A stretch of DNA of 64,000 bases from positions 41,893-105,892 of the forward strand of contig CBDFMS010000018.1 in the NCBI GenBank assembly GCA_965249735.1. Reading direction: 5' to 3'. The notes under the pieces were generated by a model, which was not told where the DNA came from, did no database searches, and saw only the letters and a list, made by a program, of their open reading frames with translations. This document shows, one piece after another, positions 36,093 through 44,983 of this stretch (its first letter is position 1; each line of letters begins with the position of its first letter). Position numbers and translations under genes: made by a program. Source of the stretch: Saprospiraceae bacterium. GTDB lineage: Bacteria; Bacteroidota; Bacteroidia; Chitinophagales; Saprospiraceae.

Positions 36093-36114
36093 ATGTGTAG
36101 CGTATGTGTAGCGT
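36093..36114. repeat. Tandem 11-bp repeat ATGTGTAGCGT x2
   Basis: 36093-36103 and 36104-36114 are identical. A further TGTGTAG lies at 36134-36140. Confidence 0.85.
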
Positions 36115-36150
36115 GTTTTTTCCGTGAAGTATCTGTGTAGTGACACATAC

Positions 36151-36202
36151 AAAAAATAAGGTTTTTCGCTGTTGATAATCAAGTGTTTACGGCGAAAAAC
36201 CT
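36151..36202 (-). terminator. Hairpin plus T-run downstream of tRNA-Arg (read on the - strand)
   Basis: AGGTTTTTCGC (36159-36169) pairs with GCGAAAAACCT (36192-36202). On the - strand it is followed by TATTTTTT. Confidence 0.5.
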
Positions 36203-36210
36203 ATAGAATG

Positions 36211-36284
36211 TGACCTCGGCAGGATTCGAACCTGCAACCTCTTGATTCGTAGTCAAGTGCTCTATCCAGTTAAGCTACGAAGCC
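36211..36284 (-). tRNA. tRNA-Arg: tRNA-Arg, anticodon ACG
   Basis: Reverse complement reads GGCTTCGTAGCTTAACTGGATAGAGCACTTGACTACGAATCAAGAGGTTGCAGGTTCGAATCCTGCCGAGGTCA. 7-bp acceptor stem (two G-U pairs), anticodon loop CUACGAA, T-loop GGTTCGAATCC. CCA is not encoded. Confidence 0.9.
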
Positions 36285-36497
36285 ATATAGCTGCGACTTC
36301 TACTTCTGAAGCCTACCAAAATCGGTGGGCAAAGATACTATTTTATTGAATTATATGGTAGTAGCAATTGCGATTCTTATTAACTGCGACTTCCAATGAA
36401 ATTGGACTCTTGATTTCGATATAAGTGACTGACAATCAGTCTGGTCTTTGAAATTCATCCATATTAAGCAGTTCGCCAGCCCCGGAAGAAAGTGAAT

Positions 36498-37538
36498 TTA
36501 TGTCAGGAAAGGATAGTCTTCTTGAACATAGTTGTCGTCATACAACTCCTTAGGATCGGGCAAAGGAGAGTTCTCTGCAAACTCAACTGCCTCATCCATT
36601 TCCTTTTTCATAATCGCCTCCAATTCGTCAATTTCAGCCTGTGTACAGACCTTCAAATCCAACATTCTAGCTTTCAGCGTCTCCAAAGGATCCAGTCCTT
36701 TATAATGTTCCAACTCATCTTTTGTCCTATACTTTGCCGGATCAGACACGGAGTGTCCGCGATAACGATAGGCTTTTATTTCAAGATAATAAGGACCTTT
36801 CCCTTCTCTGATATGAGTGGCAGCGCGTTCGAGGGCCAAATGAACTGCTTCAGGATCCATTCCATCAACAACCTCACTCGGCATATCAAAGGCCAGTCCG
36901 ATTTTGTGCAGTTCCGCCACATTACTCGTTCGGGCTACAGAAGTTCCCATGGCATAGCCATTGTTTTCACAAATGTAGAGTACCGGAAGGTTCCAGGTCA
37001 TAGCCATATTAAACGATTCGTACAATGCCCCTTGTCTGGCTGCGCCATCGCCGAACATAGTCACGCTCAATAAATCTGTTTCCCGATACTTTTCGGCAAA
37101 GGCAATGCCTGTTCCTATCGGAATCTGGGCGCCAACGATTCCATTACCTCCAAAATACCTGAGTTCTTTGGAAAAAAAGTGCATCGACCCTCCCTTTCCT
37201 TTATTGACTCCGGTTCGTTTCCCGTACAACTCCGCCATACATTCCCGTGAAGTCAATCCCCGACATAGTCCTATGCCATGCTGCCGGTATGCCGTAACAA
37301 TTGCGTCTTCAGGTCTTATAGCAGTGACGATTCCGGCCGCAATTGCCTCCTGTCCAATGTAAACGTGACAGAATCCACGTATTTTTTGCTTCGAGTACAT
37401 CATCAACGTCCGTTCCTCAAAGCGTCTGATTCGCAACATGGTTTCAAACCATGTCCAATAGGTCGCCTTATCAAACGTCGTCTCGGATTTCTTTTTCGCT
37501 GCTGTCGTTTGGGTCATAAGATTCTTTCTAACGTGCAA
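36498..37538 (-). CDS. pdhA: Pyruvate dehydrogenase E1 component, alpha subunit
   Basis: 346 aa. ThDP-binding region GDGAARQGALYESFNMAMTWNLPVLYICENNGYAMGT. An alternative start at MTQTT is possible. Confidence 0.85.
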   Translation of the reverse strand: MHVRKNLMTQTTAAKKKSETTFDKATYWTWFETMLRIRRFEERTLMMYSKQKIRGFCHVYIGQEAIAAGIVTAIRPEDAIVTAYRQHGIGLCRGLTSRECMAELYGKRTGVNKGKGGSMHFFSKELRYFGGNGIVGAQIPIGTGIAFAEKYRETDLLSVTMFGDGAARQGALYESFNMAMTWNLPVLYICENNGYAMGTSVARTSNVAELHKIGLAFDMPSEVVDGMDPEAVHLALERAATHIREGKGPYYLEIKAYRYRGHSVSDPAKYRTKDELEHYKGLDPLETLKARMLDLKVCTQAEIDELEAIMKKEMDEAVEFAENSPLPDPKELYDDNYVQEDYPFLT

Positions 37539-37690
37539 ATATACAAGGTGAAGGTCTTTTGGCTGCTAAAATTCAAATACGACGAACTGACCTTGGTTCT
37601 GTTCTGCGTTTATACCCAAACATCATTTGTAACGCAAAAGATCAAAATATCCGATTTTTTGTCATCTGGAATCCATTATCTTCGGATGCC

Positions 37691-38764
37691 ATGCTACTAA
37701 ATAAAATACGGTATGTCCAATTCAAGAATCATTCGGACTTGCTTATTGAGCCCTCGCCTAAATGGAATGCCATAACAGGATTAAATGGCTGTGGCAAAAC
37801 CAATGCATTAGACGGAATCTACCTTCTCTGTGTGCTCAAAAGTTTTTTGAATCATAGCATGGAAGCTTGCATTACGCGGGATCGGTCATTTTTTAGAATT
37901 GAAGCATTAACAGACAAAGACGATAAAATTGAGATTAAATATCCCAAAGGAGGCAATCGCCAGATTTTATTCAACGCCAAGAAAATAGGCAAAGTATCCG
38001 AATATATTGGCCGTTTCCCGATCGTTGTCATTCAACCAATAGATGATTATAAATTACTTGAAGGTAGTGCTGCCAGGCGTAAAATAATCGATCAGGCCAT
38101 TGCTCAAATGAATGGCACCTATTTAAAGGCACTACTCCATTATAACAAATTGATCAAACAACGGAATGCCCTTCTCAAACGTCTTCGGCTAAAGTCCGGC
38201 AATCGTGAATCCGAACTCGAAATGTATGAAGCTCATCTTTATGCCTGTGTCATTGAACTTTATAATGGTCGAACCAAATTAATAGAGGAGATGAAATCAG
38301 ATTTAACTTCCTTCTACCACGAAATATCAGGTGGTCGTGAATTGCCGGAGGTGTCGTACAAGGCCGATGTCAAACCTGAAGCCTATCTTGAAACTATGCG
38401 GTCTACTTATGCACTTGATATTTTATCCGGACGAACGACAAGAGGACCACATCTCGATGACCTACAACTAATGTTGGATGGTCACTTATTAAAATTGAGT
38501 GGTTCCCAGGGTCAGCGAAAATCATTTTTAGTGGCGCTCAAGCTGGCCATTTATCGTATCATGGTTGATTGGACAGGAAAATTACCTATCTTGCTACTCG
38601 ACGATTTATTTGATAAGTTGGATAACGTAAGAGTTAAAAATTTACTCGCACTTATCAACAATGATTCGTTTGGCCAGGTATTTATTTCTGACAAGGACGA
38701 CGCGCACTTATTAGAAATATTTTCTTCATTAAATCTAAAATTCGAGCACATTAAATTACATTAA
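37691..38764 (+). CDS. recF: DNA replication/repair protein RecF
   Basis: Track ORF 37559 (TTG) trimmed to ATG 37691. Walker A GLNGCGKTN, signature LSGSQGQRKS, Walker B PILLLDD. Confidence 0.85.
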   Translation: MLLNKIRYVQFKNHSDLLIEPSPKWNAITGLNGCGKTNALDGIYLLCVLKSFLNHSMEACITRDRSFFRIEALTDKDDKIEIKYPKGGNRQILFNAKKIGKVSEYIGRFPIVVIQPIDDYKLLEGSAARRKIIDQAIAQMNGTYLKALLHYNKLIKQRNALLKRLRLKSGNRESELEMYEAHLYACVIELYNGRTKLIEEMKSDLTSFYHEISGGRELPEVSYKADVKPEAYLETMRSTYALDILSGRTTRGPHLDDLQLMLDGHLLKLSGSQGQRKSFLVALKLAIYRIMVDWTGKLPILLLDDLFDKLDNVRVKNLLALINNDSFGQVFISDKDDAHLLEIFSSLNLKFEHIKLH

Positions 38765-38766
38765 AT

Positions 38767-39057
38767 TTGAAACGACCTTCCGAACATATTAGTCATTCAC
38801 TTAATTATTTAAAAAACAGTAAAAAATTTAAGAGCAAATTATTGGCTGTAGAGGTTGAAAAATGTCTTGTAGAACTATTTGGCCCGATCATTAACCAATA
38901 TCTGACTCGGGTTCGAGTCACAGGAGATATCCTGCATCTGTACATAAACTCATCCACATTCAAACATGAATTGTACCATGACAAATTAAAGTTGATGGAT
39001 AAATTGCATGAGAAAATTGGATTTGCTGCGTTTACGGATGTGCAAGTTCACGGTTAA
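38767..39057 (+). CDS. DUF721-like protein commonly found downstream of recF
   Basis: 96 aa with a TTG start. The call rests on position after recF and on size. Confidence 0.5.
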   Translation: MKRPSEHISHSLNYLKNSKKFKSKLLAVEVEKCLVELFGPIINQYLTRVRVTGDILHLYINSSTFKHELYHDKLKLMDKLHEKIGFAAFTDVQVHG

Positions 39058-39060
39058 GCC

Positions 39061-40302
39061 CTAGACATGGAAGTCCAAATATTCTGACAAATCGTTCAAT
39101 TTCACATGAGCAAGATTTGTGTTGCTCTTTTGTCCAACCAGGATGGTTTTCATTCCCATCCTTAAACCAAACTCAATATCTGACGTACTATCACCAATCA
39201 AGGTAGCAGCTGACCAATCAATCTGCGCGAATTGTTGCTTTGCCTTCAACGCCATACCTATATTAGGCTTTCGATCTGCCGGATTTGAAGATGCTAATTT
39301 CGGGCAATATAAAACGGCATCAATTAACACGCCTTTTTCAGCCAACTTATTTGTCATGTATGTATGAATCTCTTTCAGATCTGCTTCAGACATTAGTCCC
39401 TTCCCAATACCCTGCTGATTGGTAACAACGATAGTTCTTTCATATATACTTGACAAAAGGAGCATAGCTTCTTTAACTCCGGGCAAGAATTGAAAATCAG
39501 CAATATTGCGGACATAGTTATCCGGGATCCGTTTATTAATCACACCATCCCGGTCAATAAATAATGTGCGATTTTTGTCTTTCTTGTGGGTCGGATCATT
39601 TCCGTGCTCGTTTTGAAATCTTGCATAATCATCCGGAATACCAATATCAATAAAATATTCTGAACAGGGTAAGCCATAAAATCGCTGGGTTTCATAACGA
39701 CTTTCCAAAATATCTTTCTCAAAGGAAAAATTTCCAAATTCACTCTGCGAAAAGATTTCTTTTCCGATGACATAGATTCCACCATTAATCCATCCCTCTT
39801 CTTGTTTCAATTTTTCATGAAATGCTTCAATGCGATTGTACGCATTCCAGGTGATTGTACCATAGCGATCAAAATGTCGTAAATATTTAATTGCCAGGGT
39901 GACATCTGCTTTGAATTGCAAATGAAAATGTAATAATCGCCATAACGAAACTGGAAAAAACGTGTCGCCATTGATGACAAAAGCTTGATCCAGATCAAAT
40001 GTATCGAATGCCTGTTTGATCGCTCCACCGGTTCCCAAAGGCTGGTCTTCATGTGAGTATTTGACAGTAAGTGATTTATACTGTCCTCCAAAATGATCCA
40101 TGATTTGATCGGATTGGTGACCTGTTGCAAGGATGACCTGTCTAATTCCTTCATCAATGAGATAATCAAGTAAAATTTCAAGAAAGGGCCGGCCATTGAC
40201 CGGTGCCATAGGTTTGGGAACATCCTGAACGATGTGTCGTAATCGGGTACCAAATCCTCCGGCCAACACGATTACGGGCAGATTTGCCATTGAGGTCATC
40301 AC
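39061..40302 (-). CDS. Bifunctional heptose-1-phosphate nucleotidyltransferase (HddC-like) / heptose bisphosphate phosphatase (GmhB-like) fusion
   Basis: N-terminus VIVLAGGFGTRLRHIVQDVPKPMAPV (sugar-phosphate nucleotidyltransferase). C-terminus LFIDRDGVIN ... VVTNQQGIG ... GDSTSDIEFG (HAD-IIIA phosphatase). Confidence 0.75.
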   Translation of the reverse strand: MMTSMANLPVIVLAGGFGTRLRHIVQDVPKPMAPVNGRPFLEILLDYLIDEGIRQVILATGHQSDQIMDHFGGQYKSLTVKYSHEDQPLGTGGAIKQAFDTFDLDQAFVINGDTFFPVSLWRLLHFHLQFKADVTLAIKYLRHFDRYGTITWNAYNRIEAFHEKLKQEEGWINGGIYVIGKEIFSQSEFGNFSFEKDILESRYETQRFYGLPCSEYFIDIGIPDDYARFQNEHGNDPTHKKDKNRTLFIDRDGVINKRIPDNYVRNIADFQFLPGVKEAMLLLSSIYERTIVVTNQQGIGKGLMSEADLKEIHTYMTNKLAEKGVLIDAVLYCPKLASSNPADRKPNIGMALKAKQQFAQIDWSAATLIGDSTSDIEFGLRMGMKTILVGQKSNTNLAHVKLNDLSEYLDFHV

Positions 40303-40871
40303 ATCAACTCGCGTTCAACCAATTCACAAATCGTATGTCCGATCACCATATGAGCCTCTTGAATTCGGGGTGTATCATCTGATGGCATGCACATGCACAG
40401 ATCCGAATGCGCTTTCATTTTACCACCGGTAGAACCTGTTAAGCCAATTGTCATAACTTCTTGTTTCGTAGCCTGTTTAAATGCCTCGATCACATTCCCC
40501 GAGTTTCCAGAAGTACTTAAACCAAATAGGACATCACCGGATCGGCCCTTGGCCTTGATCAGCCGGGAATAAATCTGGTCATAGGAATAATCATTAGCCA
40601 CGGCAGTGATGTATGAGGTATTGACGTGCAAGGCTTCTGCGAAATAAGGATCCCGATCATGATAAAACCGACCGGAAAATTCCGCAGCCAGATGCTGTGC
40701 ATCTGCCGCGCTTCCACCATTTCCGCAAAACCATATCTTTTTGTCCTCTCTAATTGCCCGTATACAAATCCCTACAGTCTCATGTATCATAGCAATGAGT
40801 TCTTCATCTGTAAGTATTTTTTCCTTAACAGCAATGCTCTCGCGTATCCGTTGTTTAATATCACTTTTCAT
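40299..40871 (-). CDS. gmhA: Phosphoheptose (sedoheptulose-7-phosphate) isomerase
   Basis: 190-aa SIS domain: FCGNGGSAADAQHLAAEF ... GLSTSGNSGNV. Confidence 0.85.
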   Translation of the reverse strand: MKSDIKQRIRESIAVKEKILTDEELIAMIHETVGICIRAIREDKKIWFCGNGGSAADAQHLAAEFSGRFYHDRDPYFAEALHVNTSYITAVANDYSYDQIYSRLIKAKGRSGDVLFGLSTSGNSGNVIEAFKQATKQEVMTIGLTGSTGGKMKAHSDLCMCMPSDDTPRIQEAHMVIGHTICELVERELM

Positions 40872-40873
40872 TC

Positions 40874-41911
40874 TTAATATATTTTCCAGCTCCTCAATCC
40901 TTTTCGGGAAAACTGAAACGGGAGGAATCTACCTTTAAATTTACGCATGGCTTCCATCACTTGATAACGACTGTTATCTGGGCAATACATCATCATGAAG
41001 CCACCACCGCCTGCTCCGCTTATTTTTCCACCGCTCATTCCGGCACTTTTAGCCGATTGGTACATGTCATCAATTACCGGATTCGAGATACCCGAGGCCA
41101 TCTGTTTTTTCGCCTCCCAGCCCTCATCAAGGATACGTCCCAAATCGTCAAGTGATCCAGTAAGCAATGACTCCTTCATTTCCCGAGCCTGTTCTTTTAA
41201 TCGATGAGCCGCCTCCAGGGACCTTTCTGCTTTTTGAGTAAAATTGGCACTTTGGGTTTTAATAATATTTGCAGACTCCCTACTTGTTCCTGTATAATAA
41301 AGCAATAAGTTCATTTCCAGTTCCTCGAGATACTTACTTTTTATCCGAAGAGGATTGACAATCACTTTTTCATCAGCATAAAATTCCATGAAATTAATTC
41401 CTCCGAATGTGGCCGCATATTGATCCTGTCGGCCACCGGCCATATGCAAATCTTTTCGCTCAATTTCAAATGCCAGCCGTGCGATATCATAGTCTCCCAA
41501 AGGCAAGTTGAGCCACTCTTCAAATGCACCGATTAAACTTACCGTGATAGTCGATGAAGAACCCATACCTGAGCCTTTGGGTACATCAACTTCGGTAATT
41601 AAATCAAAGGACAATGGCTTGTGAATAAAATCCTTAACGATTCGATTATATACACCCTTGATTAAATCCAAATGTCCATCAATCGGTAATTCTTCAAGGC
41701 TTGGATAAGAAACACGTTCATCGAGATCCATCGATATGATATTAATCTCATTTCGATCATGGGGTATGATTGTGGACCGTGCAAAGAGATTTACGGTGGC
41801 ATTCAAGATAGCCCCACCGTGTAAATCTGCAAATGGACTCACGTCTGTGCCGCCGCCAGCCAAACCCAGTCGCAAAGGCGCCTTGCCTCGTATCAATCGT
41901 TGTTTATCCAT
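40874..41911 (-). CDS. hddA: GHMP-family sugar kinase (HddA-like heptose-7-phosphate kinase)
   Basis: 345 aa. APLRLGLAGGGTDV and PKGSGMGSSSTITV are GHMP motifs. Lies in an operon with gmhA and the HddC-GmhB fusion. Confidence 0.7.
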   Translation of the reverse strand: MDKQRLIRGKAPLRLGLAGGGTDVSPFADLHGGAILNATVNLFARSTIIPHDRNEINIISMDLDERVSYPSLEELPIDGHLDLIKGVYNRIVKDFIHKPLSFDLITEVDVPKGSGMGSSSTITVSLIGAFEEWLNLPLGDYDIARLAFEIERKDLHMAGGRQDQYAATFGGINFMEFYADEKVIVNPLRIKSKYLEELEMNLLLYYTGTSRESANIIKTQSANFTQKAERSLEAAHRLKEQAREMKESLLTGSLDDLGRILDEGWEAKKQMASGISNPVIDDMYQSAKSAGMSGGKISGAGGGGFMMMYCPDNSRYQVMEAMRKFKGRFLPFQFSRKGLRSWKIY

Positions 41912-41913
41912 AA

Positions 41914-43080
41914 CTAAGATCCTTCATGAAGTCGCGTAATTTCATCATAAAACGTCGACCATGAAAATTTTCTTTTAAGCTGTCGAATATACGATATCAT
42001 TGCAGACTGGTCGGTCTTATCAAGATAGCGTTTGATACCATCCCGAATCTCAAGGGGATCAGGCGCCACCACATACCCTCCCATGGTATCGCCGATGATT
42101 TCCTTAAGGCCTCCGACATCTGTTACAACCATGGGCTTTTCAAAATAGATGGCCAGCTGAGAAATACCACTTTGTGTTGCTGTCTTGTAAGGCTGAACAA
42201 CCAGGTCTGCCGCTCCAAAATAATACCTGACATTATCGTCAGCGATAAAGTGTGTATGCTCGAGAATAACTTCCGGTTTGACTAATTTTTTTATTTGATC
42301 CTGATATTGATCTGCGTTGTCATAATATTCACCCGCAACAATCAATTTAATTTTACGCTCTGCAAAATAAGCGTCATTCATCGCCTCAATAAGGAGGTCC
42401 AATCCTTTATATGATCGAATGAATCCAAAAAATAAAAGGTAGGTATAAGTGGGGTCTAAATTTAATTTAGTGCAAGCCTCCTCTTTGCTAACCAGCGCTC
42501 CATAATTATCATAAATTGGATGTCGAATTAATGAAACCGGTTGATTTCTTGTAAACCTCTTCATGTCCTCCAACACGGATTGAGACATCACGATGAAATA
42601 ATCAATTGTATTCGCAAAATATCGTGCAAAGGGAATATCAAAAAACCGTCGTTCATGCGGTATGATATTGTCTACCACGCACAACACTTTTGTGTGCCGA
42701 TTTTTCTTGAGTAGTTTGAATATGGTTCCAAAACTCGGACCAAAAAAGGGCATCCAAAATTTGCAAATGACCAGGTCCGGATTTTTACGTTTTAACCACA
42801 ACCCCACTTTGATCCAGTTCAATGGGTTCAACGAATGAATCTTTCGGGAAATGGGAATGGCCGTAGGATTGGGGCCATCATTCATCTGAGAAGTGCCCGG
42901 GAACAAAAAATCCGGATATTGACAAGTAAAGGTTACGATTTCGACATCATTCCCTTCTTCGGCAAACTCCTCCCCCAGCCTATGAATGAATGATGCAATG
43001 CCTCCCCTATAGGGGTATGCTGTGCCCATGATTACTATGGATTTTTTTGTCCGGATGATCTGTCGATTTTCTGGGTTCAA
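41914..43080 (-). CDS. Glycosyltransferase, GT4-like (group 1)
   Basis: 388 aa, GT-B layout with C-terminal ...VQPYKTATQSGISQLAIYFEKPMVVTDVGGLKE. Confidence 0.7.
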   Translation of the reverse strand: MNPENRQIIRTKKSIVIMGTAYPYRGGIASFIHRLGEEFAEEGNDVEIVTFTCQYPDFLFPGTSQMNDGPNPTAIPISRKIHSLNPLNWIKVGLWLKRKNPDLVICKFWMPFFGPSFGTIFKLLKKNRHTKVLCVVDNIIPHERRFFDIPFARYFANTIDYFIVMSQSVLEDMKRFTRNQPVSLIRHPIYDNYGALVSKEEACTKLNLDPTYTYLLFFGFIRSYKGLDLLIEAMNDAYFAERKIKLIVAGEYYDNADQYQDQIKKLVKPEVILEHTHFIADDNVRYYFGAADLVVQPYKTATQSGISQLAIYFEKPMVVTDVGGLKEIIGDTMGGYVVAPDPLEIRDGIKRYLDKTDQSAMISYIRQLKRKFSWSTFYDEITRLHEGS

Positions 43081-43330
43081 AGGTAGTTATCCTTTTGCGT
43101 CAGTCCTAAGCGAAATGGGGGGTAAATGAGAGGAGTTAACCGAGCCCACTGTTTGACATTGAGACTTAATCCGATAAATTGTTAATATGAATCAGTCGGG
43201 TCAACGTTTTAGTGTGGTATCTCCAGTTGGTTGACGATTTTCCAAATGATTTGACATTGAAGGAAAGAGTCTGTGTCATTTCATTCTATATTTGTCCTCC
43301 ATTATCAAAACAAGCCAATTCTGAAGACCG

Positions 43331-44620
43331 GTGATTAAGCGCGTACTGATTATAACATATTATTGGCCTCCATATACAGGTTCCGGAGTACAGCGCTGGT
43401 TGAAATTTGCGAAATACCTTCCTCAATATGGATGGCAGCCAGTCATCTACACGCCGGAAAATCCTGATACACAATTACAAGATCCGGATTTATTAAATGA
43501 CGTATCAGAAGAAACTGAGGTACTTAAAAAGAGGATATGGGACCCATCACGATTTATAAGAAAAGGTAAGGATTCAGCATCACAGGACGGTTACTCCAGG
43601 ATTGAGGGAAAATCGAAATTCATGCGATTGTTCAAATGGATTCGTGGGAATATATTCATCCCGGATTCTCGTGTCTTGTGGGTTGCTCCTTCAACTACCT
43701 ATCTTATGTCAATTCTCCGAAAGAATCCGGTTGATCTTATAGTGTCTACAGGCCCGCCCCATAGCATGCACTTGATAGCCGAACGCCTTTCTCGGAAAAC
43801 CGGAATTAAATGGGTCATGGATTTACGCGATCCGATGTCTCAACTTATTACCAATCGCGAACTGAGTATGTCTGCATCGGCTCGAAGAAAATATCAAGCA
43901 CTAGAATCCCGATTACTAAATCGCGCGGATATTGTGCTGGCTACCGCGCCCGGAATGCCTAGCCTCCTTATGCCTTTTGATCGCGGCAAATTTTACACAG
44001 TAACCAATGGTTTTGACCAGGACGATTTTGGACCCTCATCAGCAACCAAAACAAATCCATTTGTACTTACATATGCTGGATTACTGAGTCAATATCGCAT
44101 TCCACACATGTTGCTGGAAGTACTTCACAAGCTCCTCCAGGAAAATCCAAGTTACTCGTCTAAGTTTCGTTTTGAGATAGCGGGAATTGTTTCAGATGAA
44201 TTTCATAAGGCACTCAGCAATTATCCGTCTCTCCAAGAAAAGACCACATTCAAAGGATACCTCAATCATCGAGAAGTCATTGAATTGTATGAAAAATCTA
44301 CTGTATTGCTGTTGCTTATGAACAACGACAAAGAAGATGTTGAAGGTAGTATTCCCGGGAAACTTTTTGAATATGTTGCATCACGGCGGCCAATTCTGAG
44401 CCTTGGGCCTGCTAACTCGGGCTTGACAACAATATTTACCGCTGATCCGCACTCGGCCCACCTGGATTACAATGCTCACGATCAAATCAAGCTCTATTTT
44501 GAACAAATACTTTCAATAGACCACGATATCATTGTCAATGTTGAAAATTATGCACATTTTTCACGTAAAAGTTTGACTAAGAAGCTAGTAAATATATTAG
44601 ATAATCTAGCTACGTCATAA
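43331..44620 (+). CDS. Putative glycosyltransferase (GT-B fold)
   Basis: 429 aa. N-terminus RVLIITYYWPPYTGSGVQRWLKFAKYL is typical of GT4-like enzymes in polysaccharide loci. Confidence 0.55.
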   Translation: MIKRVLIITYYWPPYTGSGVQRWLKFAKYLPQYGWQPVIYTPENPDTQLQDPDLLNDVSEETEVLKKRIWDPSRFIRKGKDSASQDGYSRIEGKSKFMRLFKWIRGNIFIPDSRVLWVAPSTTYLMSILRKNPVDLIVSTGPPHSMHLIAERLSRKTGIKWVMDLRDPMSQLITNRELSMSASARRKYQALESRLLNRADIVLATAPGMPSLLMPFDRGKFYTVTNGFDQDDFGPSSATKTNPFVLTYAGLLSQYRIPHMLLEVLHKLLQENPSYSSKFRFEIAGIVSDEFHKALSNYPSLQEKTTFKGYLNHREVIELYEKSTVLLLLMNNDKEDVEGSIPGKLFEYVASRRPILSLGPANSGLTTIFTADPHSAHLDYNAHDQIKLYFEQILSIDHDIIVNVENYAHFSRKSLTKKLVNILDNLATS

Positions 44621-44983
44621 TTCCAACCTCTTCTGAAACTGTATCAAGCAGATTAATATTCAAGTGATTAATCCATATATTGGCCTCTCAAATTCCACCT
44701 CTTCAGTTAAATATGCAGAATCACTTTCAACACATTTTACAGGACGTGATCGATTTCACATAGTTAAAAAAACTAAATGAAGCTGTTGATAAAATTCGAC
44801 GGCAGGAACAAAATATCTTAAATGTGTAACTACCAATGCGCTTGCAGAAAGTGTAAATTTGAAGATCCAAAAAATAAAAAGAATCGCCAAGGGACACAAA
44901 AACACACTCTATTCTACCATTATGAAATATTTTCACTAAGGCGGGCTAAATTTCAAAACTCATTCTATTTGACAAAGACCCCA

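Larger units (their letters stand above)
1..36210. mobile_element. Prophage (tailed-phage gene content) integrated beside tRNA-Arg; left boundary outside the window
   Basis: Contiguous + strand phage genes (primase/helicase, holin + M15 endolysin, tail fibre, protease, capsid, tape measure, portal, terminase). They end in a tyrosine integrase 135 bp from the 3' end of a tRNA. Most of the region is visibly GC-richer than the chromosome to its right. Confidence 0.8.

Noticed and set aside
36492-37073. 193-aa + strand ORF
   Set aside because: It is antisense to pdhA, whose ThDP-binding motif identifies the - strand frame as the real gene.
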